DNA of 64,000 nt, from positions 32,001 through 96,000 of the IMG/VR virus record IMGVR_UViG_3300045988_180880; one strand, written 5' to 3'. Both the position numbers and the translations under genes were made by a program. The notes beneath the pieces were generated by a model. The model did not search any database. It was not told the origin of the DNA and saw nothing but the letters and a program-made list of their open reading frames with translations. This document shows positions 28,788 through 38,511 of the stretch, piece by piece. The stretch is from a virus. Within the stretch, counting starts at the first letter, position 1; each line of letters starts with the position of its first letter.

Positions 28788-28795
28788 AACCCATT

Positions 28796-28832
28796 AAGAA
28801 GGAGTGAGAAAGTTCATTCCTTCTTTCTTTAT
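28796..28832 (+). terminator. rho-independent terminator
   Basis: aagaagga / tccttctt stem + T-rich tail. Confidence 0.6.
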
Positions 28833-28845
28833 TTCCTTATAAGTG
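28832..28845 (+). promoter_or_regulatory. phage promoter-like motif
   Basis: tttccttataagtg. Confidence 0.5.
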
Positions 28846-28867
28846 TATAAATAAAAAATAAATAATT

Positions 28868-29281
28868 ATGCTAGAATACTTAAAGAAAACATATAAAGAA
28901 AATCATGAACTTGGATATGAAAAAATCTATATTGCAGTAGATATTCACGGTACCATTCTTGAACCTTCATGGAATAAAACTGAGAACTTTACATACTTAG
29001 GATCCTCAAAAGAAGCACTTCAGGAATTATCAGCTAGAGAAGATACTGTATTAATAATATGGTCATCCAGTTATCCTGAAAAATTAGAAATGTACCAAGA
29101 GAAATTCAGGGAAGATGGAATAAATTTTAAATACCTCAATCAAAATCCAGAAGTAAGATCAGGAAGAATTTCTTGTTTTGAAACTAAACCTTACTATGAT
29201 ATTCTTTTAGATGATAAAGCTGGATTTGAATGGACTGAATGGAAAGATATATTAAATTGGTTAGAAAATGAAAGAAGGTGA
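28868..29281 (+). CDS. HAD-like hydrolase (weak; motif I variant VDIHGTIL)
   Basis: IAVDIHGTILEP..., later LLDDKAG; resembles small phage HAD phosphatases. Confidence 0.4.
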   Translation: MLEYLKKTYKENHELGYEKIYIAVDIHGTILEPSWNKTENFTYLGSSKEALQELSAREDTVLIIWSSSYPEKLEMYQEKFREDGINFKYLNQNPEVRSGRISCFETKPYYDILLDDKAGFEWTEWKDILNWLENERR

Positions 29282-29627
29282 TATTGTAAAAATTAATCCA
29301 CAGAATAATGGATTTATAGATTGGGCTGAATTTCTAGAGATCATTAGAGATTTTGGAAAAAGAGACCCTGAAGAATATTACGTCGTCGATATTTTAGGGC
29401 CGATTTATTCAATTGTTCATTCTGCTCAAGATTCAGGATTTTCGGAGAAGACTATTAATACTTCTAGTCTTCGGCCCATCCCTATCGACGAAGAATTATT
29501 TATAAAATACTGTGCAGAAAGATGTACCATAAGAAAGAATTGTATAAAAGGATGTGCATTAATAAAATACTCACCTAAAAGCCTTATTAATGTAAACAAT
29601 AAAAATATAAACAATAATGAAGAGTGA
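29268..29627 (+). CDS. hypothetical protein
   Basis: ORF track. Confidence 0.5.
   Translation: MKEGDIVKINPQNNGFIDWAEFLEIIRDFGKRDPEEYYVVDILGPIYSIVHSAQDSGFSEKTINTSSLRPIPIDEELFIKYCAERCTIRKNCIKGCALIKYSPKSLINVNNKNINNNEE
29573..29592 (+). promoter_or_regulatory. phage promoter-like motif inside 3' end of 29268..29627
   Basis: acctaaaagccttattaatg, 25 nt before ATG 29617. Confidence 0.5.
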
Positions 29628-29931
29628 AACATTAATTACTGCTTTAATTACAGCAGGAACACTATTTCTAACAAAAATAATGTTAGATGATGTGATATTA
29701 AGAACTAAAAAAGATGAACTAGAAAGAAGACTCGAAGACGCTATGAGAAATTATGAAGGTGATTCGAGAAAGCTTACAGAAAAAGAAAAAGATGAGGTTA
29801 ATAAAGAGTACGATTCTTTATGTGCTAAACTAGTGAAGAGTTCATATAGTAGTCTCTTCTTAAATAAAAAACTAGAACAAGAAATCGATACTTTCTATTA
29901 TAAATCTCGTAAACTTAAAAGTAGGGTGTAA
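29617..29931 (+). CDS. membrane-anchored hypothetical protein
   Basis: ORF track; N-terminal TM. Confidence 0.5.
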   Translation: MKSETLITALITAGTLFLTKIMLDDVILRTKKDELERRLEDAMRNYEGDSRKLTEKEKDEVNKEYDSLCAKLVKSSYSSLFLNKKLEQEIDTFYYKSRKLKSRV

Positions 29932-29950
29932 AATCCCTACTTCTTTTTTT
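29921..29950 (+). terminator. rho-independent terminator
   Basis: gtaggg tgtaaaat ccctac + T9. Confidence 0.65.
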
Positions 29951-29972
29951 ATCCTTGAGAACCTTATTAATG
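29951..29972 (+). promoter_or_regulatory. phage promoter-like motif
   Basis: atccttgagaaccttattaatg. Confidence 0.6.
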
Positions 29973-29995
29973 TTAAATAATAAAAAAAATAAATT

Positions 29996-30724
29996 ATGAT
30001 AGTACTTGGAATGAGCTGTGCAGATATGATAAAAGAGCACAAAAAAGACGAAGAAATAATTGATGAAAAATTAATGGAGATCTTAAATAATAACAAATAT
30101 AAGATCAAGAAAATTTATGATAGAACAAAAAAGCCTGTACCTATAATAGATCGAAAATTGAAAATTAGAGGTACAAATTATAATATTGCAGTAAATGATA
30201 TAAGTTCCCCAAAAGAAAAAATAAAGAAATCATTAATACAATATCATCCATTTATAATAACTAATGATATTTGGTCTGGAAATAAAGTAGCAATGTTCTT
30301 TATAGAGTCATGTGCGAGATACGAATCAAAAACACTGGTAATGTTACTGGAGCCGCACCTTATAAAAAGATATCGTGAGAGATACTTAGAATCAGTGCAA
30401 CCAGAGAAAGTGACATTTGAAGACTTAGTTTCAACCTTTCTGAAAAGAAATCGAATATATTTCAACTTAGAGTATTTTCCCATTTTTGATAAGAAAGATC
30501 CAAAGAAGTTAATAGATATCAGAACAATAAGTAGAATGAAAGATGGAGTAGTGTTTGGAAGAGTTGAACCTACTGGAATTGTTAGATTTATTACATTTAT
30601 AAATAATAGTCAAGTTAGAAAATCAGATCAAGGAAAATATGTAGAGAATGGATATTATGACAAAATGGTAAAATTATTTCAAGATCCGGAACTTAGAAGA
30701 GAAGATATAATTAAATATTTTTAA
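29996..30724 (+). CDS. hypothetical protein
   Basis: ORF track. Confidence 0.5.
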   Translation: MIVLGMSCADMIKEHKKDEEIIDEKLMEILNNNKYKIKKIYDRTKKPVPIIDRKLKIRGTNYNIAVNDISSPKEKIKKSLIQYHPFIITNDIWSGNKVAMFFIESCARYESKTLVMLLEPHLIKRYRERYLESVQPEKVTFEDLVSTFLKRNRIYFNLEYFPIFDKKDPKKLIDIRTISRMKDGVVFGRVEPTGIVRFITFINNSQVRKSDQGKYVENGYYDKMVKLFQDPELRREDIIKYF

Positions 30725-30760
30725 AAGGGAGTGAATATAAAACTCCCTTCTTTTTTTTAT
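30725..30760 (+). terminator. rho-independent terminator
   Basis: aagggagt / actccctt stem + T8. Confidence 0.7.
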
Positions 30761-30784
30761 TTCCGGCCAGTAGATAAAGAAGCC

Positions 30785-30802
30785 CTGAAAACCTTATATG
30801 TG
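30785..30802 (+). promoter_or_regulatory. phage promoter-like motif with no ORF downstream
   Basis: ctgaaaaccttatatgtg; next ATG-ORF only after a second motif at 30894. Confidence 0.45.
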
Positions 30803-30893
30803 GCATATTAAAAAAAAATGTTATGATTTTGACTTATAAGCTCTTGGTTCGTGATGAATAGAGGGCTTTTTAATTTTGGCCGGATGATATAAC

Positions 30894-30911
30894 TTGAAGG
30901 CCTTATATATG
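30894..30911 (+). promoter_or_regulatory. phage promoter-like motif
   Basis: ttgaaggccttatatatg. Confidence 0.55.
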
Positions 30912-30985
30912 AGAAAAATAAGTAAATGATAATACACTCCTTAAGCAATAATAAAAAAGCTTAGGGAGTTTTAAATTTTTATAAT

Positions 30986-31513
30986 ATGAAACTAGAAAAA
31001 TTAATAGAAAAAATTGATCGGTGTTTAGGTACTGTATTAGTTATCGTAGGAATTATATTAGTAATTTCAATAGTAATATCACCTGCACCAAAGCCGAAAG
31101 AAATAATTTGGCAATCAGACGAGGAGTATGAATATGAACAATTCCTCGACTCAATAATGAAAGAGGAAGAAGAACTGAAAGACGAAAAGACAATAAAGGT
31201 AACTGCAACTGTCTATAATCCAGTCGAAAGTCAATGTGATTCTGATCCTCTAGTAACAGCAGATAATTCAAAAATTGACCTTGAAAAACTAAATCAAGGA
31301 AAACTTAAATGGATTGCTGTATCTAGAGATCTTAGAAAACAATTTAAATATGGATCAAAAGTAAGAATTAGATGTAAATCAGATCCAAGTATCGATGGAA
31401 TATATGAAGTTAGAGATACCATGAATAAAAGATATAAATTTTGTATAGATATCTTAAAACCCGTCGGAGAAAGTAAGGGGAAATGGCATGACGTCGAAGT
31501 AAGTTCAATATAA
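30986..31513 (+). CDS. membrane-anchored 3D-domain (MltA/RlpA-like barrel) cell-wall protein
   Basis: N-terminal TM; VTATVYNPVESQCDSDPLVTADNSKI...WIAVSRDL...IYEVRDTMNKRY typical of 3D-domain proteins. Confidence 0.55.
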   Translation: MKLEKLIEKIDRCLGTVLVIVGIILVISIVISPAPKPKEIIWQSDEEYEYEQFLDSIMKEEEELKDEKTIKVTATVYNPVESQCDSDPLVTADNSKIDLEKLNQGKLKWIAVSRDLRKQFKYGSKVRIRCKSDPSIDGIYEVRDTMNKRYKFCIDILKPVGESKGKWHDVEVSSI

Positions 31514-31545
31514 GAAAGGGATTAATTTTCCCTTTCTTTTTTTTA
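31514..31545 (+). terminator. rho-independent terminator
   Basis: gaaaggg attaatttt ccctttc + T8. Confidence 0.7.
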
Positions 31546-31567
31546 TTCCTTAAAAGCCTTATATATG
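31546..31567 (+). promoter_or_regulatory. phage promoter-like motif
   Basis: ttccttaaaagccttatatatg. Confidence 0.6.
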
Positions 31568-31708
31568 TAAAAAAAATAAATGAGCTAGCTCCTAAAGTAT
31601 ATGTGCGAAATATACAAAAGGAACTAGCATTAATTTTTAAGATTAAGAAAAATTCATAGAAAAATACTGGCATTAGAAAAATAACCCAAAATAAACTAGA
31701 CCAGTATT

Positions 31709-31885
31709 ATGAATAAAAATGAAATTATTCAATATGCTATCATTGCTATAATTATAATCGCAGTGATAGTATTTCTAGAGGATTCTGAATTAAAAGATAT
31801 CCTCATAGATATATTCAATGATTCTCTGGCACAAATGAATGTAGACAGAGAAAGACGGAGGTTTAGACGAATGTTTGACGACTGA
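31709..31885 (+). CDS. small membrane protein (58 aa)
   Basis: MNKNEIIQYAIIAIIIIAVIVFLED...RERRRFRRMFDD; below ORF-track cutoff; followed by terminator. Confidence 0.4.
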   Translation: MNKNEIIQYAIIAIIIIAVIVFLEDSELKDILIDIFNDSLAQMNVDRERRRFRRMFDD

Positions 31886-31902
31886 CTCTAAACCCACTAC
31901 AA

Positions 31903-31940
31903 CCCTGAGATAGAAAATATCTTGGGGTTTATTTTTTCTT
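31903..31940 (+). terminator. rho-independent terminator
   Basis: ccctgagata / tatcttgggg 10-bp stem (two G.U) + T-run. Confidence 0.6.
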
Positions 31941-32354
31941 AATCTTCATATATTAGAATCTAAAGGATCCTAAAGAGCAAAATGTAACTTATTTATGAGG
32001 ACAAAGGAGCTTCCCTTATATTACACCCCTTTTCGCTACCGCTAGGGGTGTCTAAGGAAGAAACTTTGAATAGATATATAGAAAATAAACCCAGAAAATG
32101 AAGATGTTATAAAGATTTTATATTATTGATTTTCGCCTCTCCAAGGAGGCGAATCTAATCTAAATATTACAACTTTTTTTTAGGATAACATATTCTTTCA
32201 TTATTTGTATTTTTACTCCAATCTAAGTTGTTATTTTGCTCTTCTAATAACTTTAAACTCTAATTAATGAAAAAGGGAGACTCCTATGTCTTCATTTTTA
32301 TGTAACTGGATTCTGTATTGAATTAAAAAATAACAATTAAAATATTAAATATTT

Positions 32355-34397
32355 ATGATCAATAAATTACCTGATATCATAGTACCTAGAGGTATTAGAT
32401 ATATTTCAGAAATGGATAGTTTATTTAGATTTTATAAACTACCTGTAAAGTGTATAATTAATAAACAATTACCTGGATGTGGATTTACAGAATATTGTTT
32501 AAGAGGACCTGAAAATGTAATACTTTGTTCTCCTAGAAAGATGTTACTTAAAAATAAAAAGGATCAACATGGTAGAGACGTTTATTTAGTTATAAACGAG
32601 TTGGAAAAAGAAGTACCAATTGATAAAGATCTTTCTAAAATTGATAAATCTATTAATAGAGGAGATCAATTTATGGAGAAATTAGATGAGATGGTTAATG
32701 GGAAAAATACTGTCTATAACCGATTAATGAATGAAATTAAAGATTACCTAAATGAGAGAAAATACTTAGGAGATAAACCGTGTAAAATTCTAGTTACTTA
32801 CGATTCATATAGAATAGTAAAAGATATATTAACATCTTTAGGTATATTTCAAAGTTTTTACACTATAATAGATGAATTTCAAACTATCTTACATGATGCT
32901 AAATTTAAATCAGATACTGAATTAGATTTCTTATATCACTTACATCAATCCCATTCAGCTCTATTTGTTAGTGCAACTCCAATGTTAGAGGAATATTTAA
33001 ACATGCTGGATGAATTTGATGGTTTACCTTATATAGATATGAATTGGGGGAAAGAGGACCCATCTAGAATTCTTAAACCTGCTTTAAAAGTGTTATCTAT
33101 GATGAGTGTAGGAACTAAATTACCAGAAATTATTCAATCCTATAAATCTGGTAACTTTGAAAGTGCTATAAGGATGATTAACGGTTATCCTACTAAAATA
33201 ATTAGCGATGAAGCTGTATTTTATGTAAACTCTGTTAATCATATAGTCAGTATTATAAAGAAATGTGATCTTCAATCAGAGGAGGTTAATATATTATGTA
33301 GTAATACACCAGATAATCTCAAAAAAATTCAAAAAAGATTAGGGAAGAAATTTGTGATAGGAGAGGTACCATTGAAAGGGGTTAAACCTAAGATGTTTAC
33401 ATTTTGTACTAGGACAGTTTACCTAGGGGCAGACTTTTATAGTTTATGCGCTAGATCGTTTATCTTTAGTGATAGTAATATAGACTCTTTAGCTGTTGAT
33501 ATTTCTGAAGATTTACCTCAAATTCTGGGAAGGCAAAGATTGTTTGAAAATCCATGGAAAAACGAAGCTACTTTTTATTATAGATCTACCTGTGATTATA
33601 GAAAGGTTAGTCAGGAGGAGTTTAATAAGGAAATAGAAAGAAAAAAGAAAGCTACTAGTGACTTATTATCTGCATTTAGTACAGCTTTAGATGATGTTAA
33701 GTATAATTTAGCTAAGAAGTATCAAAGTGATGTAAAAAGTAATAATTATAAGAATGATTATATAGCTGTAAACGAACATCAGGGTGGAACTTTAGTACCT
33801 GCTCTTAATAATTTAGTATTGGTTAACGAGATTAGAGCTTTTAAGATACAGCAAATAGATTATAAAGATAGATTTACTGTATTCTCAACAGTTCATAATA
33901 CTTTATCTCCGGATGATATAGTTAATAGAAAGATATCAGATTTTTTAAAGGAATATCAAGAATTAGGTACTTTTAAAGCCAAACTTAAACTTCTTTGTGA
34001 ATATAGTTTTAATGATCAAATTATAGGAGTAGTATTAGATCAGATTGGAGAACATGATAATATTAAGTCTTACTATTTAGCACTCGGACCTCAAAAACTC
34101 AGAGCTTTAGGATATGATAAATATAAGATTGAGAAAGAACTTGGAGTAGTAACATTTAGTCAAGAACTTTTAGTTAATACTATTTATTCAGAATTTAAAG
34201 TTGGAGATAAATTGACATTAGCTAATATAAAATCTAGACTAGAGTATCTTTATCCATCAATTTCCTATACAGCTACTCCTAAGGCAAAAGATTTAGAAAA
34301 TTATTTTGAAGTTAAATTGATATATGTTACAATTTTAGATGAAACTACAGGAAAGAAGAAACAAACAAAGGGTTATGAATTATTAAAAAGAAAATAA
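32355..34397 (+). CDS. SF2 (DEAD/DExH-like) helicase
   Basis: PGCGFTE (motif I-like), IIDEFQ (motif II), VSATP (motif III), QILGRQRL (motif VI). Confidence 0.55.
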   Translation: MINKLPDIIVPRGIRYISEMDSLFRFYKLPVKCIINKQLPGCGFTEYCLRGPENVILCSPRKMLLKNKKDQHGRDVYLVINELEKEVPIDKDLSKIDKSINRGDQFMEKLDEMVNGKNTVYNRLMNEIKDYLNERKYLGDKPCKILVTYDSYRIVKDILTSLGIFQSFYTIIDEFQTILHDAKFKSDTELDFLYHLHQSHSALFVSATPMLEEYLNMLDEFDGLPYIDMNWGKEDPSRILKPALKVLSMMSVGTKLPEIIQSYKSGNFESAIRMINGYPTKIISDEAVFYVNSVNHIVSIIKKCDLQSEEVNILCSNTPDNLKKIQKRLGKKFVIGEVPLKGVKPKMFTFCTRTVYLGADFYSLCARSFIFSDSNIDSLAVDISEDLPQILGRQRLFENPWKNEATFYYRSTCDYRKVSQEEFNKEIERKKKATSDLLSAFSTALDDVKYNLAKKYQSDVKSNNYKNDYIAVNEHQGGTLVPALNNLVLVNEIRAFKIQQIDYKDRFTVFSTVHNTLSPDDIVNRKISDFLKEYQELGTFKAKLKLLCEYSFNDQIIGVVLDQIGEHDNIKSYYLALGPQKLRALGYDKYKIEKELGVVTFSQELLVNTIYSEFKVGDKLTLANIKSRLEYLYPSISYTATPKAKDLENYFEVKLIYVTILDETTGKKKQTKGYELLKRK

Positions 34398-34406
34398 ATA
34401 TAGAAA

Positions 34407-34440
34407 AAGAGGGAAATAACAAATCCCTCTTTATTTTTCT
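34407..34440 (+). terminator. rho-independent terminator
   Basis: agaggga aataacaaa tccctct + T-run. Confidence 0.65.
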
Positions 34441-34556
34441 TCCTCTAAACCTCTAAAACACGTATCCCAGAAGGTGTTACCCTAATAATTGAGAGAAAAT
34501 TTCAGGTTCTCTCAAGGTTTATACTAATTAATTAAAAATAATAATGCTAATAAAGA

Positions 34557-35669
34557 ATGGAAGACGATTATTTGTTAGATGAAGAAGAAGAAGACCTAGA
34601 AAATCAAGGATATCTAGGTCCAGACGAAACAGGAGATGATTCTGACGACGATGACTCTGAAGGTTCTGATGAGAGTATTATTGGAGATGACGAGGATGAG
34701 AAGAAAATTAAAGTAGATGAGTCTCAGTATGAAGGTAAGATGACTAAGGACGAACTTTGGTTATCTACAGCATACGATGACATAATAGCAGCAGGAAAAT
34801 TGGATAAAGATAATGCAATTGAAGATGCTGTTACTACTATAGTTTGGGCTAATCCTAAACATACTTCAGTTAATACAGTCGGAAATATTATTAAAGATTT
34901 GTTTCATAAGCAAGGTCACTCTCGTATGGTTAATAGCCTCTATACACCTGATACTCCTTTACGCGGAGAAGATGTTGATATAGACTTTAAAGATGAGGAT
35001 GACTCTGGATTTAATAAGAGATATGCTGAAGAAGCGAGAAACCAAATAGCAAGATTCATAGAATTTTTGGCTACTCGTGATATTAGCAAAGACTCTATTA
35101 TATCAAAGCGAAGAAAACAAAGACAAATTCCAGCTTTTATTATTTTCTTATTCTCTTCTGGTATGTATGACTTAATTGTTGAATGTCCTACTATGCCCGA
35201 AGAATATGCAACTCAGATAAAAGAAGCAATGAGAAAAATCCTAAAAGCTAAGTATGATATCGTCGAAGAATTAGCAAAGAAGTACGAAGAAATGGGTAGA
35301 CAGGCTGTGGCAGATCGAGTTAGAAAGTTACAGTTATCATGGTTTAATAAAGAACCAGCCGAAATTAGATCATCAGCCGAATACTCTGATCTCGAACTTA
35401 CTTATGACGACGTATTGGTTTATCGTGAATATAGATCCAGATTTACTAATACATCAAGAGCTATTACTCAAGATATTATTTCAGATATGATTGAGGTAGT
35501 TATAGATAAAGAAGCAGGAGTTTATGAAAGATTAAAAGACAAGACCAGATCAGATGCAATATCAGATGTAAAACAAGTATATAAAGATTGGTCAAAAAAT
35601 AATCCTGACGATTCTGAACTAGCTACTAAGATAATTTGGAAAGATGTCGAAGGAATGGTTAAACAGTAA
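34557..35669 (+). CDS. hypothetical protein with hyper-acidic N-terminus, directly upstream of RNAP beta'
   Basis: ORF track; DDSDDDDSEGSDE; no motif recognised. Confidence 0.5.
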   Translation: MEDDYLLDEEEEDLENQGYLGPDETGDDSDDDDSEGSDESIIGDDEDEKKIKVDESQYEGKMTKDELWLSTAYDDIIAAGKLDKDNAIEDAVTTIVWANPKHTSVNTVGNIIKDLFHKQGHSRMVNSLYTPDTPLRGEDVDIDFKDEDDSGFNKRYAEEARNQIARFIEFLATRDISKDSIISKRRKQRQIPAFIIFLFSSGMYDLIVECPTMPEEYATQIKEAMRKILKAKYDIVEELAKKYEEMGRQAVADRVRKLQLSWFNKEPAEIRSSAEYSDLELTYDDVLVYREYRSRFTNTSRAITQDIISDMIEVVIDKEAGVYERLKDKTRSDAISDVKQVYKDWSKNNPDDSELATKIIWKDVEGMVKQ

Positions 35670-35685
35670 AAAATATTAAAATTTT

Positions 35686-36818
35686 ATGTCAGTATCTCTT
35701 GAGTTACTAACCGATGAAGCTATCATCGATTATACTAAAAGTGATGGAAAAGATCAAGTTCTATTTAATCATAGAGACTTGGACCTGAAGTACAATGGAA
35801 TACAACCTATCGCCGGTGGAGTCTATGATGTCGATATTTTTGGCTCACCCATGGAAGATAGATGTATTTGTGGAAAAATTCGACAACCCTCTGCTGAACC
35901 TTGTCCTCATTGCGGGGCGAGAGTATTTACAAGAGAAGAGGGATTGAGAAGATTTGCTAGAATTGAACTTCCTTTCTATTACTTGAATGATTTACGTTTT
36001 GATATCTTTAAAGAACTTTTCGAAGATATTTTTAAAGATAGTAAAATTGTATTAGATTTCTTTGGAGACGATCTTCGAAGAAATGGTTATAGTGCAAGAG
36101 GAGCGAAGAAATTAGGTATTAAAGTTTTTGATACCTGCCAGTTCGAATATAATCCAACAACAAAAGAACTAAAAATATCAGAATTTATTACTGATGAAGC
36201 TCTATGTTCTTACGAAGGATTAATTAAAATTATTGAAGAACATTTTCCCGCTCGTCTTACAGAATTTAAAAAATTAATTAATCGGTATTACCTAGTACAA
36301 CCTGCTATGATGAGACCTTTTACTCTCGGAATTAAAAACGGGAAAAAAGTAATGGGATCTCATAAACTTAGTATTTGGTACTCTATTATTATCAGACTTT
36401 GTTGCGTAGAAGATAAAAAATCTAATGACTTGAACTATGAGGAAGTTACATCTAAATTTAATACCCCTGGAGAAAGAGTTAGATATACAGCCCTTCTACG
36501 TGCTCTCCTAAATGCTGGAAAAAAAGAAGCTACAGCACTACTTAATACATCTAAAGAAAATCTAGCACGTGACTTGTATTCTGTCCGTACTAAAAATTCT
36601 GCTAGATGCCCAATTATACCTAGTACTACATTAGCTATCGATGAAATCTCTGTTCCAATACATATCGCTTATGAAATGTGTCGGGAAGGTTTCTTAGATT
36701 ACTTAATGAAAGAGCTGAATTTTACCAAAAACGAAGCACTCAAAGCAACAAAAGAAGAATATAATAATCCGGAAACTCTGAAAATGTTTAAAGAGTATGC
36801 GGAAAAACAAATCGTACT
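35686..36818 (+). CDS. rpoC: RNAP beta'-like subunit, exon 1
   Basis: zinc-ribbon CICGK..CPHCG near N-terminus; ends ..AEKQIVL(ct-); the ORF-track tail MVS* is intron. Confidence 0.8.
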
Positions 36819-36976
36819 AATGGTTTCCTAATTGGTACGTTAGGTGTGAATCCTAGAATATATAATGTGAATTATGTATTAAATTTTGTGTATTGCTGGG
36901 AGGATCTAAATATCTAATCAGCAGTTGAAGATAATTTATTTATACGAATTTATAATAATTAAAATACTAGAATATT

Positions 36977-37582
36977 ATGAAGGTACTTAGAATTAAACAC
37001 TTCTCTTCTCTAGTATCTACACAACCAATTTTTAATAGATCTGAACATATGAAGCAACTACATGCTCAAGGAAGATATCAAGGTACTTCTAAAATTGGTA
37101 TATGGAATTCTAGTGAAGAGAAGAGACAAAGAATGGCATTACTTGGAGCTAAAAATGCTTTAGATAAAAATTCTAAAGGTTATGGATCTGAGTATGCAAT
37201 GAGAGTAAATAATAGAATATTACTTGGAAATAAATTTCAAGGAGAAACTGGTTATTTATATTTTGTAAGATATCCGAAATCAATAAAAATTGGATTTTCA
37301 AAGAATTGGGAACGTAGAATTAATACCCAATTGATGAATCAATTTCAAATACTTGGTGGAAAAGTTGTAGCAATTATATCAGGACCTACCAATGAACTAG
37401 CTGATCTCGAGTTTGATACTTTTATTAAATTTCAAAAATATACTAAACTGTCTAAAGACGAAACAAGGTATACTGAATTTTTAGATGATAAAATTAGAAA
37501 AGACGTATATAACTTTTTGGATGATAAAGTAAAAAATAATAGTAATTTGAAATTTATTATACAAAATAAAATAAACCTTTGA
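36977..37582 (+). CDS. T5orf172/GIY-YIG-superfamily-like putative homing endonuclease (intron ORF 1)
   Basis: GYLYFVRYPKSIKIGFSKNWERRI core. Confidence 0.5.
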   Translation: MKVLRIKHFSSLVSTQPIFNRSEHMKQLHAQGRYQGTSKIGIWNSSEEKRQRMALLGAKNALDKNSKGYGSEYAMRVNNRILLGNKFQGETGYLYFVRYPKSIKIGFSKNWERRINTQLMNQFQILGGKVVAIISGPTNELADLEFDTFIKFQKYTKLSKDETRYTEFLDDKIRKDVYNFLDDKVKNNSNLKFIIQNKINL

Positions 37583-38364
37583 AATTTATGACACAAGAAG
37601 AAATTAAATACCATAATCAACTATGGTATTATAAAACATATAATCAACTTATAGATAAATGTATACAATTGGAGTCTGATGGTTATCCAGAAGATATGTA
37701 TACAGAGGTTCACCATATATTACCTAAATGTATGGGTGGAACAAATAAGGAAGATAATTTAGTAAGAATGCCTGTTAGATATCATATAATGGCTCATTTA
37801 TTACTTGTAAAAATATATCCAAATATAGGAAAAATAATATATGCAGCTAATATAATGATTGTCGGAAATAAAAATACAAGAGCTGAACGAAATCTAGCTT
37901 TAAATCAATTCTCTACAAAAACTATTAGTCAATTAAGGGAAACTATGGCAAATTATCAGAAAGGAAAACCTTTATCAGAAGAACATAAGCAGAAAATTTC
38001 TTTTGCATTAAAAGGAAAAGTACATTCTGAGGATCATAATAGAAAAGTTTCTGAATCTAAAAAAGGAAAACATTTATCAAAAGAAACGAAAGATAAGTTA
38101 AAGTTGTCCCATTTAGGTAAAAGTCTTTCTGAAAGTCATAAAAAAGCTATTGGAAACGCTCTTCGTGGAAGAAAAGGAAAACCTCTCTCTGAGGAAGTAA
38201 GAGAGAAAATTTCTAAAAATAATAAAATGTCAAAAGCTGTTCAGGATTATAATGGTGTAATTTATAATAGTATCTCTGATTGTTCTAGAAAATTAAATAT
38301 TCCAGATAGTACTATTAGTTATTGGATCAAAAAACATCCTGAAAAAGGTTTTAAATTCGTATAA
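37579..38364 (+). CDS. HNH homing endonuclease with NUMOD3-like repeats (intron ORF 2)
   Basis: EVHHILPKCMGGTN..N HNH motif; repeated S-E-E-H-K-x-K-I-S-x-x-x-K-G-K units; close paralog of 45778..46629. Confidence 0.75.
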   Translation: MKFMTQEEIKYHNQLWYYKTYNQLIDKCIQLESDGYPEDMYTEVHHILPKCMGGTNKEDNLVRMPVRYHIMAHLLLVKIYPNIGKIIYAANIMIVGNKNTRAERNLALNQFSTKTISQLRETMANYQKGKPLSEEHKQKISFALKGKVHSEDHNRKVSESKKGKHLSKETKDKLKLSHLGKSLSESHKKAIGNALRGRKGKPLSEEVREKISKNNKMSKAVQDYNGVIYNSISDCSRKLNIPDSTISYWIKKHPEKGFKFV

Positions 38365-38511
38365 ATAAATTAATCACAATTCAACGACTATGGACAAAAC
38401 CAGGCTAGTGTTGTGATAACCTAGTTTTAACCATGGAAAATATAGTCTTTGCAAGATAGAATTATATCTTGGGTAATCAATATAAGTTGGCTAAAGTATT
38501 GATTATCACAG

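Larger units (their letters stand above)
36819..38511 (+). mobile_element. group I intron (family A) with two endonuclease ORFs
   Basis: P1 gtacU|aat / attGgtac; P ttgctggga, Q atcagca, R ttcaacgactat, S aatatagtct; ends ..tcacaG. Confidence 0.8.

Noticed and set aside
36190-36200. Additional CTGATGA occurrences (e.g. in beta' exon 1 at ~36193, and on the minus strand near 12965 and 7240) as further hammerheads
   Set aside because: None has a suitably placed CGAAA, stem II or NUH site. They lie inside well-supported coding sequence.
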